Positions 9,844 through 19,469 of a stretch of DNA of 64,000 bases are shown here, piece after piece (position 1 is the stretch's first letter; every line of letters starts with the position of its first letter). This DNA is from Candidatus Latescibacterota bacterium. GTDB lineage: Bacteria > Latescibacterota > UBA2968 > SICM01. The notes below the pieces were generated by a model. The model was given only the letters and a program-made list of their open reading frames with translations, was not told the origin of the DNA and searched no databases. The stretch covers positions 2,912,001-2,976,000 of the forward strand of contig CBDCJO010000002.1 of assembly GCA_965217865.1 (NCBI GenBank), in the 5' to 3' direction. The position numbers and the translations under genes were made by a program.

Positions 9844-10992
9844 TTATAATTTCATGAGAAGCGCTGCGAGCAAAGCGGTCCGGATCGGCAAGGCGTCAAC
9901 CTCGATGTGCTCGTGGACGGCGTGGGCGCCATCCCCGGGACAACCCAAACCGTCCAGAGTCGGCACCCCGAGTGCGGCGGTAAAATTGCCATCGCTTGCC
10001 CCGCCCGTGGAACCCTCCTGGAGTTCTAATCCAAGCCCCGTTCCGATTTGCTTCGCCCGTTGAAACAGGGATGCGATCACGGGCGTCCGCTCCATGGGGG
10101 GACGGGGGAATCCCCCCCGTGGGTTGACCGCCACGCCAGGTATGGCGGGCTTTGCATTTAGAATACCTTCCCGGATCCGTTCGGATTCCGCCCGGGTCCA
10201 GACCCGCACGTCGATCTCCGCCTCCGCACGATCTGGGATTACGTTGGTTCGTGTCCCGCCTCTGACAATCCCCACATTTACAGTCGTTCCTTCTGACGGC
10301 CTGCTCAAACCGCTCAGATACAAAATCTGATGCGCGAGTTCCTGTATAGCGCTCAACCCCTTTTCCGGATCGATACCTGCGTGGGCGGACCTTCCTTCGA
10401 TTTCGACCACGAAGCGGCCGACGCCCTTCCGGGCTGTTTTCAATGTAGCGTTGGGCAACGGGGGCTCCATCACGAGAACATATTCAGCTTTCCCGGCTTC
10501 CTCCTCGATTAAGGAACGCGAGGTTTGACTTCCGACCTCTTCATCTGAGGTCAGGACGATCACCACCGGTCGAGGAAGCTTCCACGCAAGATCAAGCACC
10601 GCGCGACACGCAAACTCTGCCATGACGATACTGGTTTTCATATCAAATACACCTGCCCCGAACGCCATGCCATCCTGAATCCGGAAAGGCCGCTGGGCTA
10701 CGGTTCCCAACGGCCAGACGGTGTCGAAATGACCCAGTATCATGGCGGGTCGAACAGCTGGATCGCCGGAGCCTCCCGGAAAAACTGCCTGAATGTGGTT
10801 TCCACTATCCGGATTTTCAAGGATGTTCACCTTTGCTCCGGCCTCCCGATAGCGGCGGTCCACGAGCTGGGCGAATGTGTCCAGCATGGGCTTTTCGTTG
10901 CTCGGTGACTCGTTATTGACGAGCTCCTCCAACGCCATCAGCATAGCCGGTTGTTGAGCACGAAGTTGCGCTGCCAGGATCTGGAAATCCAT
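9844..10992 (-). CDS. M20 metallopeptidase (carboxypeptidase G2-like; probable N-succinyl-amino-acid desuccinylase)
   Basis: ILGHFDTVW, GVFDMK, SDEEVGS, SAHAG, GGASDGNF, GAHAVHE. Confidence 0.9.
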   Translation of the reverse strand: MDFQILAAQLRAQQPAMLMALEELVNNESPSNEKPMLDTFAQLVDRRYREAGAKVNILENPDSGNHIQAVFPGGSGDPAVRPAMILGHFDTVWPLGTVAQRPFRIQDGMAFGAGVFDMKTSIVMAEFACRAVLDLAWKLPRPVVIVLTSDEEVGSQTSRSLIEEEAGKAEYVLVMEPPLPNATLKTARKGVGRFVVEIEGRSAHAGIDPEKGLSAIQELAHQILYLSGLSRPSEGTTVNVGIVRGGTRTNVIPDRAEAEIDVRVWTRAESERIREGILNAKPAIPGVAVNPRGGFPRPPMERTPVIASLFQRAKQIGTGLGLELQEGSTGGASDGNFTAALGVPTLDGLGCPGDGAHAVHEHIEVDALPIRTALLAALLMKL

Positions 10993-11009
10993 ATGAAGCT
11001 TCCTCTATC

Positions 11010-12116
11010 TCAGGCATTCATGGAGATCACCCGGATGGCCTGGCGATGAATCCGCTCCTCATTCGGAGTATATCCAAGCCCTGGACCCTCGGGTAGCTTG
11101 ATAACCCCCTTGGAAGCTCGAATCGGAGGATCAACGATATCCTCCGCGAAATATTTATCTGATCCGGAAACATCGCCAGGGATGTCAAACCCGGGAAGGC
11201 TTGCAATCGCCAGATTTGCCGAACGCCCGACCCCGAACTCGTGCATGCCCCCACACCAAACTTGAACCCCGTTTGCCTGGCAGTAGTCGTGGACTCGTTT
11301 TGCCTGCAGAAGCCCGCCCAGACGGCTGACCTTGATGTTGATGATCCGACAGCTCCCTAGTTCCAGCGCTTTACGTGCATCCTCGACGGTATGGATGCTT
11401 TCATCGAGACAGATAGGCGTCTGTAGTTCCCTCTGGACTCTGGCGTGATCGATAATATCGTCGTATGCGAGGGGTTGCTCGATCATCATCAAATTGAAGG
11501 CGTCTAGCTGCTTCAAGAGCTTTAAATCGGATATGTCATAAGCCGAGTTGGCGTCTGCCATGAGGGGGATGTCCGGATAGCGCTCCCTGACTTGGCTGAT
11601 TACGTCGATATCACGGCCGGGGCCGATCTTCAGCTTGAACCGCCGGTAACCCTCATCCAGGAATCGATCGATCAGATTGAATAAGCGGCCGATATCTTGC
11701 TCGATTCCAAGGCTGACGCCTGAAAGAATTTCACTCCGGGTACCCCCCAAAAGTTGATGCAAAGGTTTTCCTTCTGTCCAGGCAAGGAGGTCCCAGGCCG
11801 CCATCTCGAGTCCGGCCTTCGCAAACCGATTCCGCCTCACCTTCTGGTAGCAGGCGGCCAACTCCTCGACGCCTCTCCACGACCGACCGAGAACCGAGGG
11901 GATGAGAAAATCCTTCAGAATATGCCAGCAGGTCTCGGTGGTCTCCTCGCAATAGTATGGGTCGACAGGGCTGGGGCATTCTCCCCAGCCCACACGGCCT
12001 TCGGAGAAAACCTTGACCAGGATATGATCCAGATGATCTCTCCGACTCGAGCTCGTCGTAAAGGAGTTGACAAGCTGCAGCCGGACGATCATGAGGTCAA
12101 CGCGGTCGATCCGCAA
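11010..12116 (-). CDS. menC: OSBS / N-succinylamino-acid racemase (enolase superfamily)
   Basis: KLKIGPG, DANSAY, MIEQPL, CLDESI, INIKVSRLGG, WCGGMHE, PGDVSGSD. Confidence 0.88.
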   Translation of the reverse strand: MRIDRVDLMIVRLQLVNSFTTSSSRRDHLDHILVKVFSEGRVGWGECPSPVDPYYCEETTETCWHILKDFLIPSVLGRSWRGVEELAACYQKVRRNRFAKAGLEMAAWDLLAWTEGKPLHQLLGGTRSEILSGVSLGIEQDIGRLFNLIDRFLDEGYRRFKLKIGPGRDIDVISQVRERYPDIPLMADANSAYDISDLKLLKQLDAFNLMMIEQPLAYDDIIDHARVQRELQTPICLDESIHTVEDARKALELGSCRIINIKVSRLGGLLQAKRVHDYCQANGVQVWCGGMHEFGVGRSANLAIASLPGFDIPGDVSGSDKYFAEDIVDPPIRASKGVIKLPEGPGLGYTPNEERIHRQAIRVISMNA

Positions 12117-12199
12117 CGGAACCCCTCATTCTGAGTTCTGACTTCTATATTCTGCCTTCTCGATCCACGAATCACGAACGACGATCCACGGCCTTCCCA

Positions 12200-13447
12200 C
12201 TACTGAGCAAGCTCATCATACAGAGCCTGCCCCGCCCTTTCCGCGATCAGATATTTCCTGTCCCCGTCCTCACCGACCCCTTTGACGATGTATTTTCCTT
12301 CCTCGTGTCCGATATAATGCCCGAATATCTTATCCGTAACTTCTCGCCACCTACGTGCCTGCTGAAGGTTCTCCTTTTGTAACCGGGTCCAGGCCGCCGG
12401 TATCTCAATGGCCAACATTCGAGCATCTTCTTCAAGACTCATCTCCTCGTACCCCTTGTTGACCCGCGGAATCTCGGTGTTTCCATCCAGATTAAGAATG
12501 GCTCGTCTTGATGGCGTGGACAACGCCTGTTTAACGCCTTCCGTGCGAACCAGCCACGTGATCCCGAACCGGGACGCCGTCACTTGATTCAGGACATTCC
12601 TGAATGAATAGTAATCCGGATGAAAATCAAGAGCCAGCGCCCTCAACCCGCCATAATTTAGGACTGCATTATGATATTGCAAGGGATCAACGGTCCAGTT
12701 GATCAATCCGATCCCTTCATTTAGGGCGTTTATCGCCTGGAGTTTCTTGAGATGAAACCCGATTCCCAGGCCGCGGTGTTTGGATAATACACCCAGCAAC
12801 TGAGATTCGATACGAAAACGTCCTTGGAATTTCTGGTCCCACGAATCCGGCAGTTGCTGGCCCCCAAATTTATAGAACCCGAACAAGAACCCCACGGGCT
12901 CATCGCGAACTCTGGCGACCAGGGATGTGCCTGTACGAAAGATGTTGGAATGGATGTCGCTCGGATAAATGAAACCCGGATCTCCGCGCCAGATTTCTTG
13001 TTGAAGGATACGAATGGACCGGGCTTCAGAAGCGTCTGGCCTTCCGAAATCTACCTCGTCCTGACGATGAAGGGTGCTTCTTTCGAATGAAAGATCCGAT
13101 TGGAGATCATAAAAGAAAACTTTGTTCCCAAGGAGTTCTTCAACTTTGAAGACAAGACCTGATTGATCGATCGCGGCTTCCGGATGAGCCTTATGGAATC
13201 TCAGGGTATATTCATGAATGCCATCACGCGCGATGCGGGGAAAGAGAAACCCCACCCCAATGATCCTGTTTTCTCTTTCAACCAAAATAATCTGGCCACC
13301 TATCTTTGGAAAGGTGGCCTTTAAGAAGTGTGGGGGAAATAAAAACGGGTTGTCCGGAGAACCCAGAGTTTCCCGAAGACCATCGATATCCGCTGACCGT
13401 GAATCACCTTCGGAAAGTAAAAAGGAAACCTCTTGTTGGGAACCCAT
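12200..13447 (-). CDS. GNAT acyltransferase (probable D-amino-acid N-succinyltransferase) with N-terminal extension
   Basis: LQQEIW, VGFLFGF, ESQLLGV..HRGLGIGFHLK..Q, WTVDPLQ..NA.LN, IEIP motifs; first gene of the NSAR-M20 operon. Confidence 0.75.
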   Translation of the reverse strand: MGSQQEVSFLLSEGDSRSADIDGLRETLGSPDNPFLFPPHFLKATFPKIGGQIILVERENRIIGVGFLFPRIARDGIHEYTLRFHKAHPEAAIDQSGLVFKVEELLGNKVFFYDLQSDLSFERSTLHRQDEVDFGRPDASEARSIRILQQEIWRGDPGFIYPSDIHSNIFRTGTSLVARVRDEPVGFLFGFYKFGGQQLPDSWDQKFQGRFRIESQLLGVLSKHRGLGIGFHLKKLQAINALNEGIGLINWTVDPLQYHNAVLNYGGLRALALDFHPDYYSFRNVLNQVTASRFGITWLVRTEGVKQALSTPSRRAILNLDGNTEIPRVNKGYEEMSLEEDARMLAIEIPAAWTRLQKENLQQARRWREVTDKIFGHYIGHEEGKYIVKGVGEDGDRKYLIAERAGQALYDELAQ

Positions 13448-13557
13448 GTCACAACCACAATCCCGGACTCAGTCGATCGTTGAACACACAACGATCCGGG
13501 CAAAGGGACATACAACACACGAATCGATCGATAATTTTGGCCTTTCCCACGCGCAGC

Positions 13558-14142
13558 CTAATGGAAAACATATTGTGTAAAATAGATCTCTTCAGCCCTC
13601 CCCTTGGTCAATATGCCGTTGACGGCTTCCCTGATATCTTCCCTCAGCCTCTCCTGATCGTCGACATCGTCCAGTTCCTCCCCGGGTTTAAGCGACACTT
13701 GGTACAGGATTAAATCCTTGATCCGTGCGAGATTTTTTCCGGCCACCAGAGCGGTTTCGTGCGTGTTGAACTTGATCTTGGCCTTGAGAATGATGTAGTG
13801 CAGTTCCCCCCCCTGGGTTGTGCTCGTCGTAACCTGCCCGACATCGAGAAGATCTCCGTGGACGTTCTCGCTTCCCTCCTCTTTCTCCCCACCCCCGCCA
13901 CCGCCTCCGTGGCCCTGTTCCCCCCCTCCGCTTTGCTCCTCTTCCTCCCATGCCTCCTCGGATACCTCCCCCATCTCCTCTCCCTCCATCTTGGGAACGA
14001 AGACGTGGAATATCGCCCAGTATCCGATCCCGACCTGCCCGATCAGGACAATAAATATCAGGATGAAAAAGTGTTTAGCTCTTCCGGGGGCAGGAGGCGG
14101 GGGGGCTGGCGACTCCTCTTCTGTGGTTTCTTCCTCGGCCAT
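13558..14142 (-). CDS. fliL: Flagellar basal-body-associated FliL family protein
   Basis: Acidic N-terminus, single TM, Gly/Glu linker, RIKDLIL...LREDIREAVN.IL..G..EEIYFTQYVFH C-terminus. Confidence 0.85.
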   Translation of the reverse strand: MAEEETTEEESPAPPPPAPGRAKHFFILIFIVLIGQVGIGYWAIFHVFVPKMEGEEMGEVSEEAWEEEEQSGGGEQGHGGGGGGGEKEEGSENVHGDLLDVGQVTTSTTQGGELHYIILKAKIKFNTHETALVAGKNLARIKDLILYQVSLKPGEELDDVDDQERLREDIREAVNGILTKGRAEEIYFTQYVFH

Positions 14143-14210
14143 GGAAAACCGGTATGGATGTGACGTCCGAACGACGCCTTTTATCGGGTGTTTTTTAGCT
14201 GGTTTCTGTC

Positions 14211-14239
14211 TTGATTTCCCCGAACCCGGGTGTTATCTT
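14211..14239 (+). promoter_or_regulatory. Putative sigma70 promoter for the galU-like operon
   Basis: TTGATT-17nt-TATCTT with extended -10 TGn. Confidence 0.45.
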
Positions 14240-14309
14240 CACACCGGGTTAAGCATAGAACATATCACGAATATTATAAATACGATATGGACCAAAATGC
14301 AAGGAGAAA

Positions 14310-15218
14310 TTGATGTCCATCGATAAAGTGGTCATCCCGGTGGCTGGTCTGGGAACGCGACTCCTCCCCGCCACAAAGTCACAGCCCAAGGAAATGCTCC
14401 CGATCGGCCGCAAGCCTATCGTCCAGTATGTCGTTGAGGAGATGGTCGGGCAGGGACTGCGTAAGTTCCTTTTTGTCACCGGCCGTAACAAGAGGTCCAT
14501 AGAAGACCATTTTGACGTTGACCCGGAGCTTATCAACCGTTTGTCAGAGGCAGGCGATCAGGACCTGCTCGATGAAATTCCGGATGTGCAGGAAGGGGTC
14601 GAGTTCTTCTACACCCGCCAGCCAATAACAACCGGCCGGAGCGCCCCGGCGGGATTGGGGGCCGCGGTCGGCCTTTCCGAAGAGTTCGTGGGTGGAGAAC
14701 CTTTTGTGGTTGCCCTCGGGGACACCATCATTAAACCGGGCAATCATTCCGGCCTGGTCAAGCGTATGATCAAATCCCATCTCAAGCACCAATCCGGATG
14801 CACGCTGGCCGTGTTCGAGGTGGAGCCCGATCAGGTCAGCCGATATGGAATCGTTGAACCCGGGGGACGAATCGGGAGTGAGTTTTTCGTCAAGGACCTT
14901 GTGGAAAAACCCCTTGCAGCCGACGCGCCAAGTCGATTTGCAATCGCCGCCCGGTATGTGCTTCATCCGGACATATTCAAAGCAATCCGGGTTACACCGC
15001 CAGGCATTCACGGTGAAATTTGGCTTACAGATGCCATCCGGATCATGATCAGACAGGGAAGTACAGTACGTTGCGTCCGCTTGAAGCCCGATGAAGCCCG
15101 TTACGACATCGGCAACCCCGAGTCCTATTTCAAGGCGTTCATCGACTTTGCCCTTGGGGACAAACGCTATGGGTACCTGATTCGACAATACATCCAGAAG
15201 CGCCTGAGAGAAACCTGA
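14310..15218 (+). CDS. galU: UTP--sugar-1-phosphate uridylyltransferase (GalU family)
   Basis: KVVIPVAGLGTRLLPATK.QPKEMLPI, IEDHFD, LVEKP, GEIWLTDAI, RYDIGN. Confidence 0.88.
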   Translation: MMSIDKVVIPVAGLGTRLLPATKSQPKEMLPIGRKPIVQYVVEEMVGQGLRKFLFVTGRNKRSIEDHFDVDPELINRLSEAGDQDLLDEIPDVQEGVEFFYTRQPITTGRSAPAGLGAAVGLSEEFVGGEPFVVALGDTIIKPGNHSGLVKRMIKSHLKHQSGCTLAVFEVEPDQVSRYGIVEPGGRIGSEFFVKDLVEKPLAADAPSRFAIAARYVLHPDIFKAIRVTPPGIHGEIWLTDAIRIMIRQGSTVRCVRLKPDEARYDIGNPESYFKAFIDFALGDKRYGYLIRQYIQKRLRET

Positions 15219-15220
15219 AG

Positions 15221-16303
15221 ATGGCGTCAACTGCCATACAGGCTTTCTTCTGCTCCGCCCCGGGAAGAGCTGGGATCATTGGAAATCCCACGGATATGTA
15301 CGGTGGTACGGTCATCTCATGCTCCACGACAGAGCGGGCAGCTGTGCTGGTCGAGCCCGCCAGAAGGATGACTTTCGAGGTGGCCGGAAAGTGCTTCGAG
15401 GTCCGAGGACCCGGAGATCTTTTTCTCGATGGAAGCTATTTCGGTGTGGCAAAGGCTGTCGTCGATTTTCTCGATATCCCCGGTACTCCATGTCGTATTC
15501 GCTGGGCTTGTGACGTACCATTTGCGGCCGGTCTATCCAGTTCCTCCGCGATGATCGTCGCCCTGATGAACGGACTCCTGGCATTTCTAGGGCGATCGTA
15601 TAACCGCTTTCAACTTGCCGAGATGGCCCGACAAGTCGACCTCCATTACATGGGTACCCTCTGCGGTTATCAGGATCCCTACATGTGCACCTGGGGCGGG
15701 ATCAACTACATGGATTTCAGGGAAAAGGAGTTCTATCGAAGCATCGGGGAAGAGCCATACGGCACGGTCGAGTGTTTGACTCCCGAGGTCGACGAACTTC
15801 CCTTCGTCCTCGCTCATACCGGCGTCCAGCGAAATTCCGGATCGATCCACAAACCGATTCGGGAAAAGTGGCTGGAAGGAGATCCGGACATCCGACAGGG
15901 TTACCTCCGGATCGCACACCTGGCGAGGGTTGGAAAACGAGCTCTTCTCGCCGGGGATTGGGAACTGTTGGGAGACTTGATGACCGAGAACCACGAGATC
16001 CAGCGGGATTTTGGTGGATCAGGGCCGGAAAATGAAACACTCATCGAGGCTGCCATGGAGAGCGGTTCGCTCGGTGCGAAGTTGGCGGGGGCTGGGGGGG
16101 GCGGAACGATCATCGCCCTCTGCCCGGGGGAAAAAGCCCGAGAGCGTGCAATCGCATCTTTAAAAGAGGCCGGAGCATCTCGTCTTATGTTCCCCAAGCC
16201 GTCACACGGGGTGATCGCAACCCCCCTAGAAGGGGCTGGGGCGATTCGGAAGGCGGAGAGAGATCTGGCCCGTCGGGCTTCGGAGGAGACCCACAGGAAA
16301 TAA
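15221..16303 (+). CDS. GHMP-family sugar kinase, glucuronokinase-like
   Basis: PGRAGIIGNPTDMYGG.VIS, VPFAAGLSSSSA, CGYQD, GAKLAGAGGGG. Confidence 0.8.
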   Translation: MASTAIQAFFCSAPGRAGIIGNPTDMYGGTVISCSTTERAAVLVEPARRMTFEVAGKCFEVRGPGDLFLDGSYFGVAKAVVDFLDIPGTPCRIRWACDVPFAAGLSSSSAMIVALMNGLLAFLGRSYNRFQLAEMARQVDLHYMGTLCGYQDPYMCTWGGINYMDFREKEFYRSIGEEPYGTVECLTPEVDELPFVLAHTGVQRNSGSIHKPIREKWLEGDPDIRQGYLRIAHLARVGKRALLAGDWELLGDLMTENHEIQRDFGGSGPENETLIEAAMESGSLGAKLAGAGGGGTIIALCPGEKARERAIASLKEAGASRLMFPKPSHGVIATPLEGAGAIRKAERDLARRASEETHRK

Positions 16304-16326
16304 CCGGGCATCCGATAAAGGAAACC

Positions 16327-17610
16327 ATGAACATCGCACTCGACTACGGGTTAGAAGTTCTTGAAATCGACATCCCGGATTGGGTTCATCTTGATATCTT
16401 AAGCCTGAAGGGGCTCCCAAAGATTTCGGACCCGAAGATCGCCGTTGAGGAGGCCATCAACCGTCCCATTGGCTCGCCTTCCCTTTCGAACCTCGCCCGG
16501 GATCGGAACAGCGCCTGCATCGTCATCTCCGACATCACCCGACCGGTCCCGAATCGGATTATCCTCCCTCCGCTACTCAAAACGCTGGAAACTGCCGGGA
16601 TTGCACGGGATCAGATCACGATTCTGATCGGTACCGGGCTCCACAGGCCCAACGAAGGCGAGGAACTATTGGACATGCTCGGTCCCGAGATTCCCAAACG
16701 CTACCGGATCATCAACCACAGCGCCCGTCAAAAGGAGACCCACACCTTTCTTGGGGTGACGGGTAATGGCGCCCCGATCTGGGTGGATACCACCTACCTG
16801 AACGCCGAGCTTCGGATCGCCACCGCCCTCATCGAGCCGCACCTGATGGCGGGCTATTCCGGAGGGAGAAAGGCCATATGTCCGGGGATCTGCGGAGCGG
16901 AGACCATCCGTGCTTTCCACGGCTTTTCGATTTTGTCCCACGAACGCGCCACCGAGGGGGTGATCGAGAGCAATCCGGTTCACGAGTTCTCCCTGGAGGT
17001 CGCCCGGAAAGCCCGCGTGGATTTTATCCTGAACGTCACGATGGACCAGGACAGGGAGATCACGGGTGTTTTCGGTGGTGACCTGGAGCGGGCACACCGG
17101 GCTGGCGTTGAAACGGCCGAAAAGCAGGCCCTCGCGTGCATTCCAGAACCCGTAGACGTGGTCGTCACGACCAGTGCGGGCTATCCCCTCGACCTGACGT
17201 ACTACCAGGCAATAAAAGGCATGACAGCAGCACTCCCGATTGTTCGCGAGGGGGGAACGATCCTCATCGCGGCACGGTGTGCGGAGGGCTTAGGCAGCCG
17301 GGAGTTTCAGGAGGTCCTCTCCAACACGGAAAGTCCCGACGCTTTTTTCGAGGAGGCGGCTTCTCCGGATTTTTTCACCATCGACCAATGGCAGGTTCAG
17401 GAACTCTGTAAGGTTCTTCGGAAGGCGAGGGTTCTGTTCTTCAGTCATGGAATCCCGCCTGAATCTCAGGGCGATATTCTTGTCGACCTGGTCCCCTCTT
17501 TGGAAGAGGGCCTCGATCGCGTACTGTCCGAAACCGGTCCGGAAGCGCGTGTGGCGGTTATCCCTAAGGGCCCATACGTGCTCCCAAGGGTGGCGGAAGC
17601 GGTGACATGA
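16327..17610 (+). CDS. Nickel-pincer-dependent lactate racemase (LarA) family racemase/epimerase
   Basis: SDITRPVPN, IGTGLHRP, IINH, IEPHLMAGYSGGRKAICPG, GYPLD.TYYQA.KG, C.EGLGS, DQWQ.Q. Confidence 0.9.
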   Translation: MNIALDYGLEVLEIDIPDWVHLDILSLKGLPKISDPKIAVEEAINRPIGSPSLSNLARDRNSACIVISDITRPVPNRIILPPLLKTLETAGIARDQITILIGTGLHRPNEGEELLDMLGPEIPKRYRIINHSARQKETHTFLGVTGNGAPIWVDTTYLNAELRIATALIEPHLMAGYSGGRKAICPGICGAETIRAFHGFSILSHERATEGVIESNPVHEFSLEVARKARVDFILNVTMDQDREITGVFGGDLERAHRAGVETAEKQALACIPEPVDVVVTTSAGYPLDLTYYQAIKGMTAALPIVREGGTILIAARCAEGLGSREFQEVLSNTESPDAFFEEAASPDFFTIDQWQVQELCKVLRKARVLFFSHGIPPESQGDILVDLVPSLEEGLDRVLSETGPEARVAVIPKGPYVLPRVAEAVT

Positions 17611-18389
17611 TCGACGTCGCTATAAAGGCTGCCCGGGCGGGTGCAGAGGCCCTGCGAACCTTTCACGAGAAACTGAGAAAGGATCAGGTTGCGTTGAAGG
17701 GCCCCAACGACTTCGTCACCGAGGCCGACCGCGAATCGGAGCGGCGGGTGATACAGGTCCTCCGAAGCGCCTATCCGGACCACGCCATTCTGTCCGAAGA
17801 GGGAGGCGCCGACGAAAAGGGGGCCTATCAATGGATCATCGACCCGCTGGACGGGACGACGAACTTTGTCTACGGCATTCCCTTTTTTTCTGTCTCCGTC
17901 GGGTTGTTCGTGGACGATCGACCTGTCTTGGGCGTCGTCTACGACCCTCTCAGGGAGGAACTCTTCGCAGCCGAACAAGGAAAGGGCGCGACCCTGAACG
18001 GGAAATCCATCCGGGTATCCGGGTGCATCCGCATCGAGGACGCACTCCTCTCGACAGGCTTTCCGTTCAAGCAGATCCAGTCAGCGGACGCATACCTCTC
18101 CAGTTTTTCCGCTCTTCTCCGTCGTTCAAGAGGCATTCGTCGGTGCGGGTCCGCGGCCCTCGACCTCTGTTACGTGGCCGCCGGCCGTGCGGACGGATTC
18201 TGGGAATGGGGGCTCTCTCCCTGGGACACCTCGGCCGGGGCAGTCATCGTGCCCGAAGCCGGGGGATCAATCACCGATTTTCAAGGAGAAGGTTCCTATA
18301 TGCGGGGTGACGTCGTGGCCACAAACGGGCCAATCCATAAAGAGATGGTCGGGATCGTCGGAGAGGCCTTCAGGAACCTCCTCCCCTGA
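17607..18389 (+). CDS. suhB: Inositol monophosphatase family protein (SuhB-like)
   Basis: DFVTEAD, SEE, WIIDPLDGTTNF, RRCGSAALDLCYVA.GR.DG, WDTSAG. Confidence 0.9.
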   Translation: MIDVAIKAARAGAEALRTFHEKLRKDQVALKGPNDFVTEADRESERRVIQVLRSAYPDHAILSEEGGADEKGAYQWIIDPLDGTTNFVYGIPFFSVSVGLFVDDRPVLGVVYDPLREELFAAEQGKGATLNGKSIRVSGCIRIEDALLSTGFPFKQIQSADAYLSSFSALLRRSRGIRRCGSAALDLCYVAAGRADGFWEWGLSPWDTSAGAVIVPEAGGSITDFQGEGSYMRGDVVATNGPIHKEMVGIVGEAFRNLLP

Positions 18390-18454
18390 ATTCAGGTGCC
18401 GAGGCTTGGACGCCTTCCACCCAACACCACTTCTGTTCGTGAAGGAATTCAACT

Positions 18455-19429
18455 ATGGGTTCAAACGATCGATTTCGAGCCGCTCGGGACCGCGGCTGCG
18501 CCTGCTTGTTGAGGAAACTTCGCTCAGACGGAAGCTTCGGTGACGAGAATAAGGGGATTGCGGACTATTACAAGGTGCCATCCGCCCTTCAGGTATGCGG
18601 GCAAACCCACGCAGCGAACCACATGTGCAACTGGGTTCGGAAGAACGGAATGACCCCGGAAGGGGATTTCGGTCCCCGACCCCCCGAAGCGCACGGATAC
18701 TTTTATACCTACTATAACAGCTGGGTTGTTCTGGGTGCTCACCGTCTCGGACAGTACGATCTCTCTCAAAGGGGAATGGACTTTCTGATGGGGTTTCACG
18801 ACCCTGAGAGCGGTGGGTTCTACTCCAGTCCAACAGAGCGATCCCCTGAGACCCTTCAGGACCTGTGGGTGGTGAGCGGGTGCGGCCAGGCAGCCGTTGC
18901 GACGGGCAGGATCGATGTTGGAAGAGGCGTGGGAAGATGGATGAAAGAAGTGTTCAGGCAACAGCCCAATTATCCGGAACAACTCTACAGTGTGTTCAGC
19001 CGTGCAAAGGGGCTTCACACCGACCCGGATGACGATATCCGCTATGTGAGCACCTACAACGCGACGCGTGATCAGTATTTTTTCCACCCGGGAATCGCGG
19101 GTGGATTCCTGTGCAGGCTCTACCAGGCGACAGGCGAAACCGAATGGTTGGATCTCGCGGTGGAATACATGCGATTTGCGGAAGGCGCCGGCGACTACCT
19201 GTTCCGCCTCTACCGGTCGGGTAAAGTCGGCTGGGCGGCCGCCGTCCTCTTTACCCTAACGGGCGAGGAGAAATATCGAGCGATGGCGATTCGTGTGGGC
19301 GATATGCTGGCCGAGACACAGAACCAGGATGGATCGTGGACGATGTCCGGAATGGCGAGCAACGATATCACTGCGGAGTTGACCTTCTGGCTCGACGAGA
19401 TCTATCAGGCGGTCGGGGAGGGTGGCTGA
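18455..19429 (+). CDS. Hypothetical alpha/alpha-barrel protein (prenyltransferase/AGE-like repeats)
   Basis: Repeated SDGSFG / PEGDFG / ESGGFY / QDGSW motifs and LYQATGE..WL..A helices. Confidence 0.6.
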   Translation: MGSNDRFRAARDRGCACLLRKLRSDGSFGDENKGIADYYKVPSALQVCGQTHAANHMCNWVRKNGMTPEGDFGPRPPEAHGYFYTYYNSWVVLGAHRLGQYDLSQRGMDFLMGFHDPESGGFYSSPTERSPETLQDLWVVSGCGQAAVATGRIDVGRGVGRWMKEVFRQQPNYPEQLYSVFSRAKGLHTDPDDDIRYVSTYNATRDQYFFHPGIAGGFLCRLYQATGETEWLDLAVEYMRFAEGAGDYLFRLYRSGKVGWAAAVLFTLTGEEKYRAMAIRVGDMLAETQNQDGSWTMSGMASNDITAELTFWLDEIYQAVGEGG

Positions 19430-19469
19430 ACTGGTATCGCTCCCCTACCACTTTTGCACTTTTCACTTT

